A stretch of 64,000 nt of DNA from positions 62,001-126,000 of the forward strand of contig NMRA01000441.1 of the NCBI GenBank assembly GCA_002633005.1, given 5' to 3'. This DNA comes from Phoronis australis (lineage: Eukaryota > Animalia > Phoronida). Each line of letters starts with the position of its first letter. Within the stretch, counting starts at the first letter, position 1. This document shows, one piece after another, positions 49,600 through 63,528 of this stretch. Under the pieces are notes generated by a model. It was not told the DNA's origin, did not search any database, and saw only the letters and a list, made by a program, of their open reading frames with translations. The position numbers and the translations under genes were made by a program.

Positions 49600-51800
49600 T
49601 ATGGAACAGGTGTTCAAAATAACATTGTCTCTTCGAATACCGTGAACTGTCAATATACGCTGGGTCAGGGCCCATGTGGGAATTGATGGCAATGAGAATG
49701 CAGACAGACTCGCAAAGATAGAAGCAAGCGTTCTGCATGTTGTGCCTGAACCTGCTATCCCCGTATCTTACGGATGTTGCAGGCTGGGTATACGCATACA
49801 TACCCAGTAAGCAGCCCATTGGGCATAACTTAAAGAAGAATGCCACCCGATTAAATTAGTCTTTTTTGCCGTCTTAATCGGTCTATATCCACATCGCCTC
49901 GCATACGGTCGACCTTACCTTGCCAAGAGGTGTCGCGTTAACCTGTGAGGAAGGTGAGAAACGACGCTAGCTACGTCAGTGGTTCATATGCAGAGTGAAT
50001 GCCGCTATGTTGCGGTGCATCGTTCCCGCTTGTCCGAACTAAGCAGCTGCGAGGAAAGCGGCATATCGTTTTTTTTTTTACTTCCTCGGGAGGCCGAAGT
50101 GCTTAGGAAGTGGCTCATGGTAGTGAAGAATGAAATGTACGCTGTAAATAGCAAGTATGAGGCCGTGAAACATCACCGTGTCTGTGGCCTGCAGACGTCG
50201 ACAGTGTCTGACGAATGAATGCCGGCTTACTAAATAACTCCATAGGTTCCGTTGTCTGAGCTTGCTCACGGCGCCTCTCTAGTATTTCGCCATCACTGTA
50301 TTCCTGTTCGAATTGATAGCTGTAAAACTTAACGATCCACCTTCGAAGTCGGGACTGATGAGCTCTAGCTCGTCCTAAGTCGGGATTGCGAGTTGCCATG
50401 TTGGCGTTATTCAGTACTACTGAGCATTCTGTTTCAACATGAATTATTCTCCCCTAACCAATACTTATATAAAACTGAAACAAAGTCTGTCTCATTAGAC
50501 GCAATTTGTAATGCCTTTGGAGTGTTCGTGAGTGCAAATGATTTGAGAAGCCAGCAATGAATAAATCACTGCGTTACCGGCTTTAGGTGCAGGTAAAACT
50601 AATTGACGCCGGGACACCTACTGTAGGCCGTGTGAGCTCATGCTAATTTAGTATGTGCTGGCAGAAACTGTTGTGAAACAACTCGATTTCCATCCCACGG
50701 CCAGGTGTTTTATTTACATTTAAATTACTCAAATAATGACTGTTAATGTACAACTTCTGCCCTGACGGCCGGGTGCTGTGGCCAAAGCGGGACCTCATTG
50801 AATTCGCGGCCCCCGACGAATAAGTAGATTTGCACTTTCGTGGCTAATTCACCAACATAATCGGGTGCACATTACTTTGGCCCACCAGTATAGTATTTTC
50901 TTGACTGGAAGTTTAGTTTCCACTGAACATTGGCTGGTTTATGTTCGTGATGTCTGATCAGTTTCCGAACTACTGGCGCGGGGCTCGGATAACGAGTCAA
51001 TCCGGCCGGCCGCGACGCGCCTGATCGGGCTCCGAGCCACTGGCCAGTAACAAGCGTTTTGTGTTTAGAACTAAAAAAATCACAAGTCTAAACAACACAG
51101 ATCTAGGTTCTCCTGTCTGTATCTCACGGAAAATACTTCGAAATTATCTCCGAACAGACCCATAACTCCTGCTACAGACCTTATTGGCCTGCCGAACTTT
51201 GTAGGCTACGGTGTGTCCAAATACCAATAAATCCGTAAGAGTGAAATAAAACAACACGCTTTTATAAGAACTCGGTGTATTTTTAAGGTTTTTACATCGA
51301 AGTTTGATGATTTATTGGTGTTAAACGATGACTTCAAGCGATAAGCTGACACCAGTAACCCGTGTTGTGGACTGCTGAACAGACTGCGTGTGAAACCGAT
51401 GACGTCATTGGATAATTTCAACACCTCCGTTTGCCGTCAGGAATCAGGTAACGCAACCGTAACTGTCGTTATGGAGTAGAACTACTCAATCTAAATTAAT
51501 ACAAATTAGGTTGTTTTTTGGGTGGCATGCTCCTTTAACTCCTGCAGAGAGACTAAGGAGAATTTTCCCAACGTGAACGAACCAAAAGGTTCAAAAAACC
51601 TTTTGAGTCTAGATAGATTGGGTATAGGACACGTCATTCAAATTTTGTCGGGCCACTGCAACCTAACCCGACACAGACACATTACTGGGCATATGGGGAG
51701 CCCTGTGTGTCCCGCGTGTGGTACTGACGTAGAATCTCATAGAGTCTTGCCCAGCTTTTTATAGGCTAAGGAACAACCTACTGGATGGCACTGTTACATG
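49600..51800 (+). mobile_element. RNase H-bearing non-LTR retrotransposon 3' fragment (R1/LOA/I-like), split by a Kolobok-like insertion
   Basis: From 49661: WVRAHVGIDGNENADRLAK (RNase H C-terminal motif). After 51538: CRETK...LLSLDR...ILSGHCNLTRH...PVCPACG (C-terminal zinc-knuckle region). Confidence 0.75.
49834..51534 (+). mobile_element. Kolobok-like DNA transposon derivative with degenerate THAP domain
   Basis: TTAA|agaagaatgccaccc ... gggtggcatgctcct|TTAA. Internal ~49999-50260 reads VAVH.S...SGISFFFLLPREAEVLRKWLMVVK...HHRVCG (THAP-like). Confidence 0.75.
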
Positions 51801-52363
51801 CCTACAACATATAGTGCATGGCAACAAATGGAAACGTCTGTCCGTTTTCCTAAAGGAGACTGACAGACTTGAAAACTTTCTTCACGAGGAGTCATAATTG
51901 GGCTCTCGTGCTTTTGCTCAGGTGTTTTGTGCAATGGGCCCAACCATGAGGCCTGCGCACGTCTGATGCACCGCAAATGACATCAGACCGTCTGCACTGT
52001 TTTTTTATGAATATTGTTGTTTTCCAGAGTCCACTTTCTTCTGTAACATAACAATCATAAAAATGTGTTCCAAGTTCTTTTGTTACGGTAACATACACTA
52101 CGTGTATCACGATCATTAATTTTTACTTTCTGAAGAAATGGTTTTGTAAATAAACTTCTGTGGAACGTCTTACACTATAACCAATGTAATGAGGTGTCCA
52201 CAGTTACACAGTTTAATTCAAAGCTGCGTAACAGTCCATTTTTATCTATCAGAAAACCTTTGTCAGCAAAATACATGTAGTTGGAGTGTCAAACGGCATC
52301 AAAGTGTATGAAGATGCACAATTCTGAATGAATGCCTGACTAGATTCTTTACAAAAACTGTGC

Positions 52364-52514
52364 CATGGGCGGCGTACCACAGGGGGCTTGGGGTCTATAG
52401 CTCCCACTTTTTTCAGTGCTGCACGTAACCGTCCATGGTCTGTGGACGCTGCGCTGCAGGGGGAGCTGGGGGACTATAGTCCCCCTCACTTTTTTCAGTG
52501 CTGCGCCGCCCATG
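52364..52514. mobile_element. Small MITE (hAT5-like) with internal duplication
   Basis: TIR catgggcggcgtaccac / gtgctgcgccgcccatg; flanks tgtgc / tgtga. Confidence 0.65.
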
Positions 52515-54159
52515 TGTGAGGGATCTATATATCTAAAATTTTTGTCTTTATAGGGTAGAAGTTTTTTGAGTTTTTACGTGCTGGTTTAAGTGGTCATTTA
52601 TGTACCTCTCTGGTTTATTTCCTTTTTTGTTACTACAACACCCTGTTATTTTCGCTTTTTAAAAACACTATTGGTTTTTAGAATAAAAAAATATATTTAA
52701 ACATGTCATAATTACCTATGAATTAAATTGTTTATCTTTTGCTTCTGGTATAATCATACATCATCAAGATTCTCATAACGTTATATTGTCATGATGGACC
52801 GTCCGCAGCAGGCAGGCGGGCTAGTTCGGACGGTCTGAAACCACAAGTCTAAATTTCCGCTCGATTACTCTTTATTGCAAATCAATCTGACTGCGTTAAG
52901 ATAAGACTTGCATGAAGAATTAAGGCGTTTGATTTCATCTTTCACTTTTTTGTCGACGAAAACAGAGTTCACATTTGAGTTCCTCAGAAAAATTGGAGTC
53001 TATGCCCTTTTTCTAACAAAAATCGATCAAGTTTTGTAAGAGATAGCTGTGATTTGGGTCAGATGATTTGATTATCTATCCAGTATTACTACGCGCGTTG
53101 CTACTTGTGAAATAAATATTTTTTAAATGTCTTAAACTGACAACTCATCAACAAAGGTACTGCCTGCGGGGAGATCAATTGTAGTTGAACTTGAGCGAAA
53201 ACAACAAATGCTATGATTTGTTTTGTAACTCAAGAACGGTCTACTTCGCGCAGTGAACTGGAGCCTTCGGTTTCCACTCGGACGTGTGTGCAGATGCGCG
53301 TTATCTATAACATAAAATGAAAGCTTACATAAGTCCGTCTCCCCGCTCGACTACAGACCTTCGCTGCGCCCATTTCGGCATCGCCTTTGTCCCAGGTAGT
53401 GCACATCGCCCGAAGTTAGTTTCGAAGTGTCTTTTTTCGGGGGCCGGTTTTTCGCGGACTGACGCGGAGGGAGGCTGGCCAGTTCCCTACTGGCCTTTAG
53501 CACTGGTAAAGTCAGTCGGTCGGCTAAATGGCCTGGGTGACGTCAGTCCGTCAGCTTAATTTCACTCCCTTAATTCAGCGTCCATTGCGTAATATACACT
53601 TCTTCAGACCCGTTGCCGCCAAACTTGATACTAAGGCGGCTTCGCGGCAATTATCGCTTGTTTCGCCACGTTTCGCCCGTGTTTTGTTTTGTCATGTTCG
53701 CCCATGTTTCGTCACACGAAAATCTTTGCACTCTTCGTTGTCTTTTTATTTCTTTCCGCGTGATGTTACGCGGACACACACGAATGTTTACAAACAGTAC
53801 AGCCTGAGTGAGACACAACATGACCGTCGGTCCGCTCTAGGAACCTAGGTCCGCTTAATCGGACCGACTCACCAGAAAACAGGACCTACGGGAATCAATT
53901 GGGACCACAGGACCAGAAAATCGTACCGATCGCACCTAAAAACATGACCGACCCACGACCGCCGAAGGCTAAACTCAGCTGACCGGCTAAGATTTATTAT
54001 ATCATTGACACAGATCATGCAATGGGGCTATATACGTATGCAGGTATTATGCCGATTAATCCACCGACATCTTTTGTGCGCTACAGCACGGGTGCGACAC
54101 AACCGCCGGACAAAATGTAGTTATCGATACCTTTGTATCATACTGCGCGATAGGACGTA

Positions 54160-55200
54160 ACCACAGCTAGCTGCGTAAAGACTATCGCCAAAAGACTGTT
54201 TGGTAGGTAGCACTGTGTTTTGAGTTGCGTAAGACCCCGAAATTTTCCACCGCCCGGGTAGTTCTGCTCGTCATTGTTCACATTGTCCGAAGCCCATATC
54301 ATGCCAGTGCTGTCTGGTGACCGACTAGCCAGACATATTATGTAATTATATTCAGCTTTAGTTTTGCCCTCAAGCATCTTGAGATGTTGCCAGCCAGCAA
54401 GCTGTATGAAGACTGTCGTCAAAATACAGCCAGTGTATATTTAGTATACAGCTTTGTACCAAGACTAGTAGCCAGTCAGCTAGCTGTATGAAGACTAGGT
54501 ACCACTGTGTGTTTTTCTTCCATGGACCCCGAAATTGCACTCAGCCAGGGTAGTTCTGCTCGTCACCTCGCCGTGAAACTAATTGTATCAACATGTAAAG
54601 CTAAAGACCGGACTGGGTGCGCATGCAAAATCTGGGAATCAACCGACATTGCCCGTTACAGCCGTTTCAGTGAAAAACAATCTAATAAACGTCATTTTTT
54701 GGTAATCCTCCGCCTTTTCTGACAAAGAAAAGTTATGTCGTGGTTTCGAAAACAATACGCTCGTTACACGCGCACGCGCCATTTCCTAAATGTTTGCGAC
54801 ACCTCTCGGGAGATGATGATAGCTTGGCAGCAGCAAAATTTCTTCTGAAATTCGGTTTGCTGGTATCAAAATTCTAAAAACTTGTAATGAAGTGAAACCA
54901 TTTCCGATAATTTGTTGTGATATCTACGCAACCTTGTGGAAGAAGAACATTCGGCCTGAAGAATCGGAGAAAAAAGAAACTGGCCACTAGGTGACGCAAT
55001 ATTTCATGGCGCCGAAAGATGTCGCTAAATATCGCTCCACAACATAAGCAGCAGAATAACGGTAGAAAGTTAAATACTTTAGTTTACTCAATGAATACTG
55101 TAAATTTTAATGATACCAACTTAGTGTCAGATTTTACTTTCCACTTTTTTACCCACATCGGCGCAAAGCTGTATATTTAAAATACAGCTTTGTACCAAAA
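54160..55200 (+). mobile_element. Repeat family G, rearranged multi-module copy
   Basis: Three agctgtatgaagact-type blocks and two gaccccgaaatt..agttctgctcgtca blocks; terminal hairpin caaagctgtat..atacagctttg. Confidence 0.65.
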
Positions 55201-56176
55201 GCTACTTGAGATGGTGTCCAGTGAGCTATATATGGAGAGACGACACGACTGTACTCCCCAACTAGCCAGATAGCGCGTGAAACGCGGTCCGCCATATTGA
55301 TGATGAACGTTACATAAATAAAAGCACGGGGTCTTATAGAAGCCGGGGAATTTTCAGAATAAAATTTGAAATTTAAAATACTAAAGAGGTTTTAAAACGT
55401 AACATAACATAAGGCAATTTAAACCTGTGACCCACGCATTACATAAACGGTCATATTAACCATTGCAAAGACATAATTCCTAATCACTTTGGCTGAAATT
55501 CTCACGGAGTGCTGTATTATACAGTGATAACCTTTTTCATCGTTATAATTGTGTAGTCACCTATTTTCAGTTGTTTATAAACTGACAAGACGATCAGCTG
55601 TCAAGGGGGCCGCTCTCCGGCGCGCCATTACATCACTGCATTCCCAAAGTTTCCAGTATGGGTCCAGAAAATCCTTGACCAGACGCCACTTGATTTATTC
55701 TGACAAAAAGATTTGAGGCATGCGTTCGTGTGAAACACTTGAACACTAAGTAGAAAAACTATTAATAGAAACCCATGGAAATCAATGATCATACAAACAG
55801 CAAGTATGCGTGCATGTAAAGTCATGTCATTGTTTGCAACAATGATTGACCAATTGTGTAAATGTGCATATTCGGAATTGAAGGCATAGGCCAGTTTGAA
55901 TAAAAATCGGAGCAAAATTTTGCAAAACGATAGAGTTATAGAAACTGAAATGTTAACAATAAATATTTCAATGAAAAAAGAATAAGGCACGATACCAAAA
56001 ACATCCTGTACTTGTTGGTAAGACATGCACATATGCATCGGTTAGCCGCGTGTGCCATTGAACACCGAGGCCGGAGGTCGAAGTATGCATTTTCCCAGAC
56101 CCAATTTCCCGAAAGGTGATTGGAATTGTCTACTTCACGTTATACCGAGGAATAGTAATTACAGCAATATGCATAC

Positions 56177-56333
56177 CAGGGGCAGATCCAGGATTTTTAG
56201 TTATGGGGTCTGGGCAGAATATTAGCCAGGAATTTGCCCGTCAGACATTCGCACCCCCGAATTGTCAAATGGGATCTGGGAGAGTTTTAAGGAGTGCACA
56301 CTGCCCCCTTCGCCCCCTCTAAATCCGCCACTG
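56177..56333. mobile_element. hAT5-like MITE
   Basis: TIR caggggcagatccag / ctaaatccgccactg; flanks catac / cagac. Related fragments at ~1740-1876, ~19842 and ~49424. Confidence 0.7.
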
Positions 56334-59300
56334 CAGACGTTTTTTTTTTCAAAAAATAAAACGCATGTAATGGGTGCTGATGTGTCTCAATGAAAATTAC
56401 TTCAGTGATACGCTACTTTTCTTAAAGTCCTTATCTTAAAATGACAATGTGGCTCCAGTATCCGAAAATACTTAATAAATAAAATCTTATTTTCGATACC
56501 CTTTCGTTATATTCTTTTCGCCTTTCGTGCCACAAGCGTTTTTATCTGTATTTGACCCTTCTCTGTGAGCTATCACCGGCTATTTCCGTTCCAACATTTC
56601 CGGCTCGTCAGTTCAGGAACTTGTCCTGAACGCCGCCAGCTTTTCCTTGTAACTGAATTTGCTATCGCTTGCTCGAAAAGTCTTCATTATTTTGTTTTAT
56701 TAGTAATATCTCGTGATTCGTTTGTATATATAGTGTATTTCTAGTTCTTAGGTAGTGGTCGTTAAATTGTTTTGGAATGTTACGCATACTTTTGTTTAAT
56801 ACGTTAAAATAGCATTGGAGTTTAGTTCCCGTTACGTAAGGCGGTCGAACCTTGGAACCAATATGAGTCGAACCATATTTTTTTTTTAATTTTGATTTTT
56901 TTTTTCGTTTTGAAAATGTACTTTGCTATCATCGGGAAGATAATGCATCTTACTCAGAAAAAATCGAAAAAGTATCAAAATCGGGGCAAGCACTGTTAAG
57001 TTATTGCTATTTTTGTGGCGAAATTTGGGTCACTTTGTTTGGATTGGGTCGGCCATCTTGGACGACAGCAGGATAACGAGTTTAAAACTTTGTGCAAATT
57101 GTTTTCGCCAACAATTTACGGTGACTTATAGTGAGACATATCTTTACTTACTACTCTGCACGATTCAACAGTTTTCACCAAATTTCAGCCTCGCAGTTGT
57201 TACTTATTAAGTGATAAATGTGCTCACAATTCCCGTTGGACTTTGTCTCATTTCTGGTGGCACCGACAACATGGAGACTTTTGCTGAACTGAAAGGCATG
57301 TTGAACGGGTTACTTTGTAATTTGTGAAGATTTAACGTTGATACATTTTGACAAACGTTGCTACAAAAAAGGAAGTTTGTTAAATTTTCGTGGTTTTGTG
57401 CAAAAAATGTAAAGTATTATTCGAATAATTGTACTGTGAATTCGCCACTCAGGTGATCTCACACTAAGCAAAAAAATAGTTGAAATAATTTTGAAATGGT
57501 TTTTTGTTTGATTGTCAACTGCTGTTCAAGGCTTGATTAGATGTCACAAAATGATTCGTATTTGTCTAAATTTTAAGTCTAAATTGCTTTGAAGTCATGT
57601 TTTGTGACTAATTGCTTTCTTAATTCAGGTTATCAAGTCAGCAGTATGAAGAATCTTAATTAGAGAAATAGGCTATGTTGGATTGTGATGCTTCAAGCCT
57701 CCAATTCTTGATCCTTGCAGCTTCACATTTTGTAAATCATACTTGTCAAATTCTGGTGTAATGAAACACTATTCGGTCACCATGGTAAAAGCTACATGCA
57801 TGTCCACTTTAATATCATGAAAACTTGTGCTGTTGGATAGTGATTGTAATGCTTAAATGTTTATAAAGTGATGTGCATTCTAAGATACTTATTATGGTAA
57901 AAGGTTGAATGATTTTGGCTTACATAGCGTTCCTATACCTAGATTATTTCAGTTTTGACTGATGTACAGCAGATATAAATGTCAACTACCTTGAAAGTCT
58001 TTAAGTAGAAATACACTTTATTCACGTTAAGACAAAAATACAATTAATACACATTAATGCTTATGGAGACTTTGTGAAGGAACTGAAACCAAATATAGAG
58101 TTCTGACTGAAAGCACTCGATTTTGATTTGTTATGTGGAATACCTCAATGGTTAAATCATAAGCGTCCTCTGATTTGTTCTTTCATTTCAATGATTGAGT
58201 GACCAAAGCATGATTTAATTAGCTTGCCATAAATAATATATTCACTAGCATCTTCAGGCAACATTTCATTGGTGCCTTGGGTTTACTATTGTTTCAACAG
58301 GTTAATACATAAATTTAAAAGACATCGTACAGTTGAAAACCAAGTTCACTGGAGGTTTTTTCATTTCATGGGTTCTTGGAATTCTGTCATTGAGATTGCC
58401 ATCTCCACTCAAATTACAATTATCGATGTGGTTCAGTTGTAAGGTCACCTCCTTCGTACTCACTGCTTAATAAATCAAAACATTATGACATTTTCTATTT
58501 TACTCGTCATACTTATGTGCTCAAACGAACCCCCTATTTGGAGAAATGGAAAAATGTCTGCCGCAGTCAGAGAAGCAAGAACTGAGACAAAAGTCCACTA
58601 GAAGGCAGGAAGTACCGTCTGTAATTCATAGCTCTGAACATACCCAGCGAATCTTACAATAAAAGGCACACATTCTCAAAAATTCCAACTCCCTCCCATT
58701 TTTTAGACTTGGTGGGCTCAAGCAAAGTCTGGGCAAATCTCTCTTAAAAGCCAACAAATTTGCACATTTTGCCAGAAGACCCCAAGTTCTAAATAAACCT
58801 CATTTGAGCGTGCGCTGTGGCCAGGGATCAGGTAGGCCTAAGGGTAGCCCTGGCGCAAAGCTGTATATTAAATCGTCCCTGGTGACACCTTTGTTAGTTA
58901 TAATTTGTCAAACAACTAGCGATATCTACCGATACAAGCAGGTCCTTGTGTGAGTTGGCGAACGGGAACGAAGCTGTTAAATCTCCATGGCGACCGTGAG
59001 CGCAAAAACGCGATTGTGAATGCACATTTTTCTCTGCATTTTCCTGAATAATCGTTCAAGTTACGGTGTTATATCAATAATTTTAGAATAATTCGACCAT
59101 GAATTAGTTAACGGGTCGATTGTTTGTTATACTTTTACCGTTTTTCATGATTTCTGTGTGAGATTTAGCCTCACAAATATGATTAAATGCGTTTGATTTT
59201 TCAGTTGAGCTGTAGCCACACTAGGAGTCCTTCAGAGTGTTAACATAGTTACACGCCTTCAAAAAAGAGTAGAACAACTGCTGCAGGTGACAAAGGGCTG

Positions 59301-60113
59301 TGTATGCATATATGTTGTGGAGCTTCGTTCAGGAAGAAACCTTTTTTGTATAACCACATGACAATAAAACACAGTGACACTCAGCCGCAAGCAAGACCTT
59401 TACCAGCCCCGTGCTGTATGGGGCAAGATTTTTTACCGCTTAAGAAAACACAATATGAAGCATAGTGCTCAGGAACCAAGTTGATTTAGGGCCCTATCTG
59501 CGATCAATGTTTCAGGGAAAGAGTAAGCCTGAGGACATCCCTTGTAGTCGTGAATGTGTCGTGCTAAGAGTATGCCTACTTCTACAGGCATGAGAACCAG
59601 AATTGCCAAGTGAAAGTTGTTGAGTCTCGAAACTTTATTCGTACATGTATTTATAGAGTTTATTTTTGGTAGTTGTCTGATGTGATAGCATTTTGACGTT
59701 TTGTTTTGAACCTTTTCCAATTTATGTTATTTCAACAGCATCTTTAACAGAACCAGTGCATTTTTGTACATTTAAATGGCCACACTATGCGTCATTGGTT
59801 GATACTTACATACAATTGTTATGAGCAATTAGTAATTTAATAGAAAACTATATGTCTGCCAAAACTGTAGAAATTGTTTTCATGTTGTTGTCGATTCCTT
59901 GCGAGAGAATTTTGTACTATGAACCGGTCCGAAATAGAATTTCTATGATTCAGTGATGATTTAGTCTAACACATTACAAAAATAATTTGCAGGAAATGTA
60001 CAATGGATTTGTAATGTTGATATCCCTAAAGCAATGTTTCATATCATTTTTCTGTATGACCAATTTTGAGGTATGTGTGATAAAAGATTAATAATATTAT
60101 AGAATTGCTTTAA

Positions 60114-60168
<55 letters not shown>

Positions 60169-60169
60169 G
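60114..60169. repeat. (GTT)n microsatellite
   Basis: About 18 perfect GTT units. Confidence 0.95.
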
Positions 60170-61539
60170 ATTTTATGTGTAATCACTACATTGTGTCCTC
60201 ATTTTGAAGTGATGTTGAAGACAACACTTTAACTACGTTTTTGGGAAATGAAATCACAATAGTAGGTGTATTATACAATGTAACTCGTCTTACTCTTTTT
60301 CAATGTCACATTAAACTGGAGATCATGAACTGAAGATCCACTCAGGACCAAGACTACGAAACAGAAGAGTCAAACAAAAGGTACTATATGTTGTGTATCC
60401 AAGCCACACCAATGCCACAAGTCAATCTGTTCATCTCTGCATTGATAATATCAGTAAAACATCAAACAAAGTACCACCTGTTTTATCAGCAAAACAGCTG
60501 ACACCATTTCTGGCATTTTTTTTTAAATCCCACACGTTCATGAGCGGTAATCTTTGAATTACATTACGAATGGTGTTGCCGTACTCTACTAGCTCCCCAC
60601 AGGCACGCTCATCATCATTCTTTGACTTCACTGGCGTATTTTTTAATTTATTTTTTTCCTTTTGTTGTCACAATCTTGCAAGAAGATTCGACACTCGCTT
60701 TCATCCTCATCAACAATTGGTTACTCCTGGCTTACACGCCACATGGAACAATTGCTGGGTGAGTCTTAGTTTAGAACCCCTTGTTCCCCTTGGTTTCGTC
60801 TAAAATTATATGTCTGTATTTCAAAACCCTGTTAGGGTGTACTTTCACGCCCTGATTAACCTGTTCGTTGAAGCTCGCCTCATAATATTAACAGTGAACT
60901 TGTTTCCTGAAATGAAAATAAATTCATTTGTGAAAATATATATAACTAAAATAGTGCTTGATGTAAAAGTACATGTTGTCGCTCATTGTGATTTAATGGC
61001 AATGGTATGATATTGTTTAGTATACGAAAGTAACAGAGTAATGACACAAAATGTGATTAATTCATTGCACCACACTTATAAAAGTTCATAACTGCGTTCT
61101 CGATCGTTAAACAAAAATTTGCGTTTCTGATTGTTTATCTTTGCGTTCTCGATCGCATCTTTCAACAGAAATTTATCGAAAAATCAGAGATCCTGACAAA
61201 ATTACGAAAAACAAGGGTTGTGGTCAATTTATTGATTTAGTGCCAAAAATAACCGTAATTTGCCAAAATGACGTACTAATCACCTTTGGCTTAAGCGATT
61301 CCTCGGTCAACGTAACTTTTCTCCAATAATTGGAATAGACACTAGCCTAAACCTCTATCTGCCCTTCCTCAATGTTTTTACGCCTTGAACTCATGTCTCT
61401 GTTTTCACATTAGAAGTAAAAACAACGTAGATTCATCAAATTTACTCACCTTGCCTGGCTTCGCTTCTCGCAACAAGTTTCGTTCTCGATCGCCTTCCGG
61501 TAGTTCTCGATCGCGGGTTGGCCGGGGTGGGTATTAAAA

Positions 61540-61850
61540 ACTACTAAAAACATGTAACGAAATGAAACCAGTTCCGATAATTTGTTGTGCCATGTACGCA
61601 GCTTCGTGGAAGAGAAGAACAGTTGATTGAAGAGTCGGGGGAAACAATGGCCAATGAAAGCCGAACCAAAACAACGCATAACAATTTTAGCAGCAGAATA
61701 ACGGCAGAACGACAATTTTTGCCGAGCTCAGATAAAATATTTAGTTTACTGAAGATAGAGTGTTATCAACAACACAAATTTTGCGAAAATTTTATTTGTT
61801 CAGTTTTTTACCCACATCGGCCCAAAGCTGTACACAGCTTTGCCGCACCA
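61540..61850 (+). mobile_element. Repeat family G, 3' module
   Basis: Aligns by eye with 54885-55200 (tgaaacca.ttccgataatttgttgtg...agcagcagaataacgg...tttttacccacatcgg.caaagctgta..cagctttg). Confidence 0.7.
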
Positions 61851-63528
61851 AGGCTAACGTCTGTTTTTTGACTTGATTAAAACGTCAAATTGGAGAAAAT
61901 GACTTTCATTTTTTCTAAAACTTCTGCAGTAGATGAAATTATCATTATTTAGCTCAAAAGTACACAGCGTGGTTGTTGTGTGATTAGATTTATTAATTCT
62001 AAATGTTGATCTTCTTTCAATTGTTTATGAGTCGCATACCGCAGCAGAGTCTGGTGACTTGTAAAACTCAAAAGCGCCCCGTTTCACAGCGAAGCGAATA
62101 CGAGACTCGACTGTTTACAAACAAACAAAGCCAATGTCACAGAACATGTTGGTGACCACACCGGACAAGAAATGGCCAGCGGCAAAATTGTACCTAAAAC
62201 ACTGTATTCAAAGAAGCTTTATAAACCATTACAAATCTTTTCTTCACAAATTCTGTCCCGAGTACTGTATATTCTGTACACAATATTGTGTGATATTATG
62301 CCTCACATTCTCGTGGTTTTCAATTCATTTCCGAAGTGTGCAGAAATGTTTGCACGTCTTGTCCAAGCCACACTGGGCTTGCTACTCGTAGCGTGAAAAT
62401 TTATCGTGCCTCACAATCTCATGTTCTTCTTTTCTGAGAAGAATTGTAGTATGAAATTTTATGATAAGACTTTTGTAAATACACTGAGACTATTTTGTGT
62501 ACAGACAGATTTTGTAAACAAAAGCATTTGTATACGCTCTCTTACTGTATCACAGTGTCATCGCGCTTATGTAAATTTATGATTACAAACGGTTTTCATT
62601 AAGTCAGTCCTGAGCGCTACATTTGAACACAATGGTGTGTACATGTATTTATTGTATCTCACAGTTTCGTTATTTTTATTGCTGAGAATTGTTTACACGT
62701 CTTGACCCAGTCACCCTTGTACATTTATGGCTTGACTTTTGTAAATACATTACATACTTTGTGTTCAATACTGTATTTTTAATACTTCCTTAGTTTTGAC
62801 TTTAACAAATAGTTGATTACCGTACAGTATGTTGCGGCAGGGTCAAATGTTCTGGAAAGAAAAAAATATTTGTACTGCCTGGTGAAAGAATCCCGCAGCC
62901 GCATATCCAGCCTAAATCTGACAGAAATTATTATTGAACCTTTTCAATGAGACGGTCTCTTCACGAAAAATTCTTGTCTATTGCGATGAACAATAATGTT
63001 CACATGAAGGTGTTACTATTTGACACGGTCATTTCCTAAAAACTAGCTGCTAGTTATCCTATGGCCCTAGATCTTTTTCCAACAACACAGTCACGTATTT
63101 TGAGACTTCAACGTCTCGCAAATTCTACCTCCCAGACCAAGCATTTAAATTGACCGCTGGATTCTAAATTATCGGCCAGTGTACATTCTTATTCACTAAA
63201 TGAAAGTAGTTCACAACTGGTCAGACCTAATGTTACCATGCAGCTGGAAACCAACAAAGACCTATTCAAATCGCTGATAAAAGCGTGACAAACTTAATAT
63301 TATACTGCCCGAAGCCCTTAGGTTTGCTTCACAGTCAAAATAACGTTATGGATAAAGGGTTTTTTAAAACATTATGATCTTATACAGTTCGGTTAACAAC
63401 CGGCGGAGTTGCGAAAAGTTGTAATGACAATAAATTCCCTAGCGATAACCAACACCGGTGCCAACGAATGCCAAGTTCCATGCATGCGCGGCCAACCTCA
63501 AGGGCTCGATATAGAAGTTGGCATTCCA

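Noticed and set aside
52787-54010. Solo LTR or Ginger-like element bounded by tgtcatgat / atcattgaca
   Set aside because: The inverted match is short and imperfect, and no target-site duplication is present.
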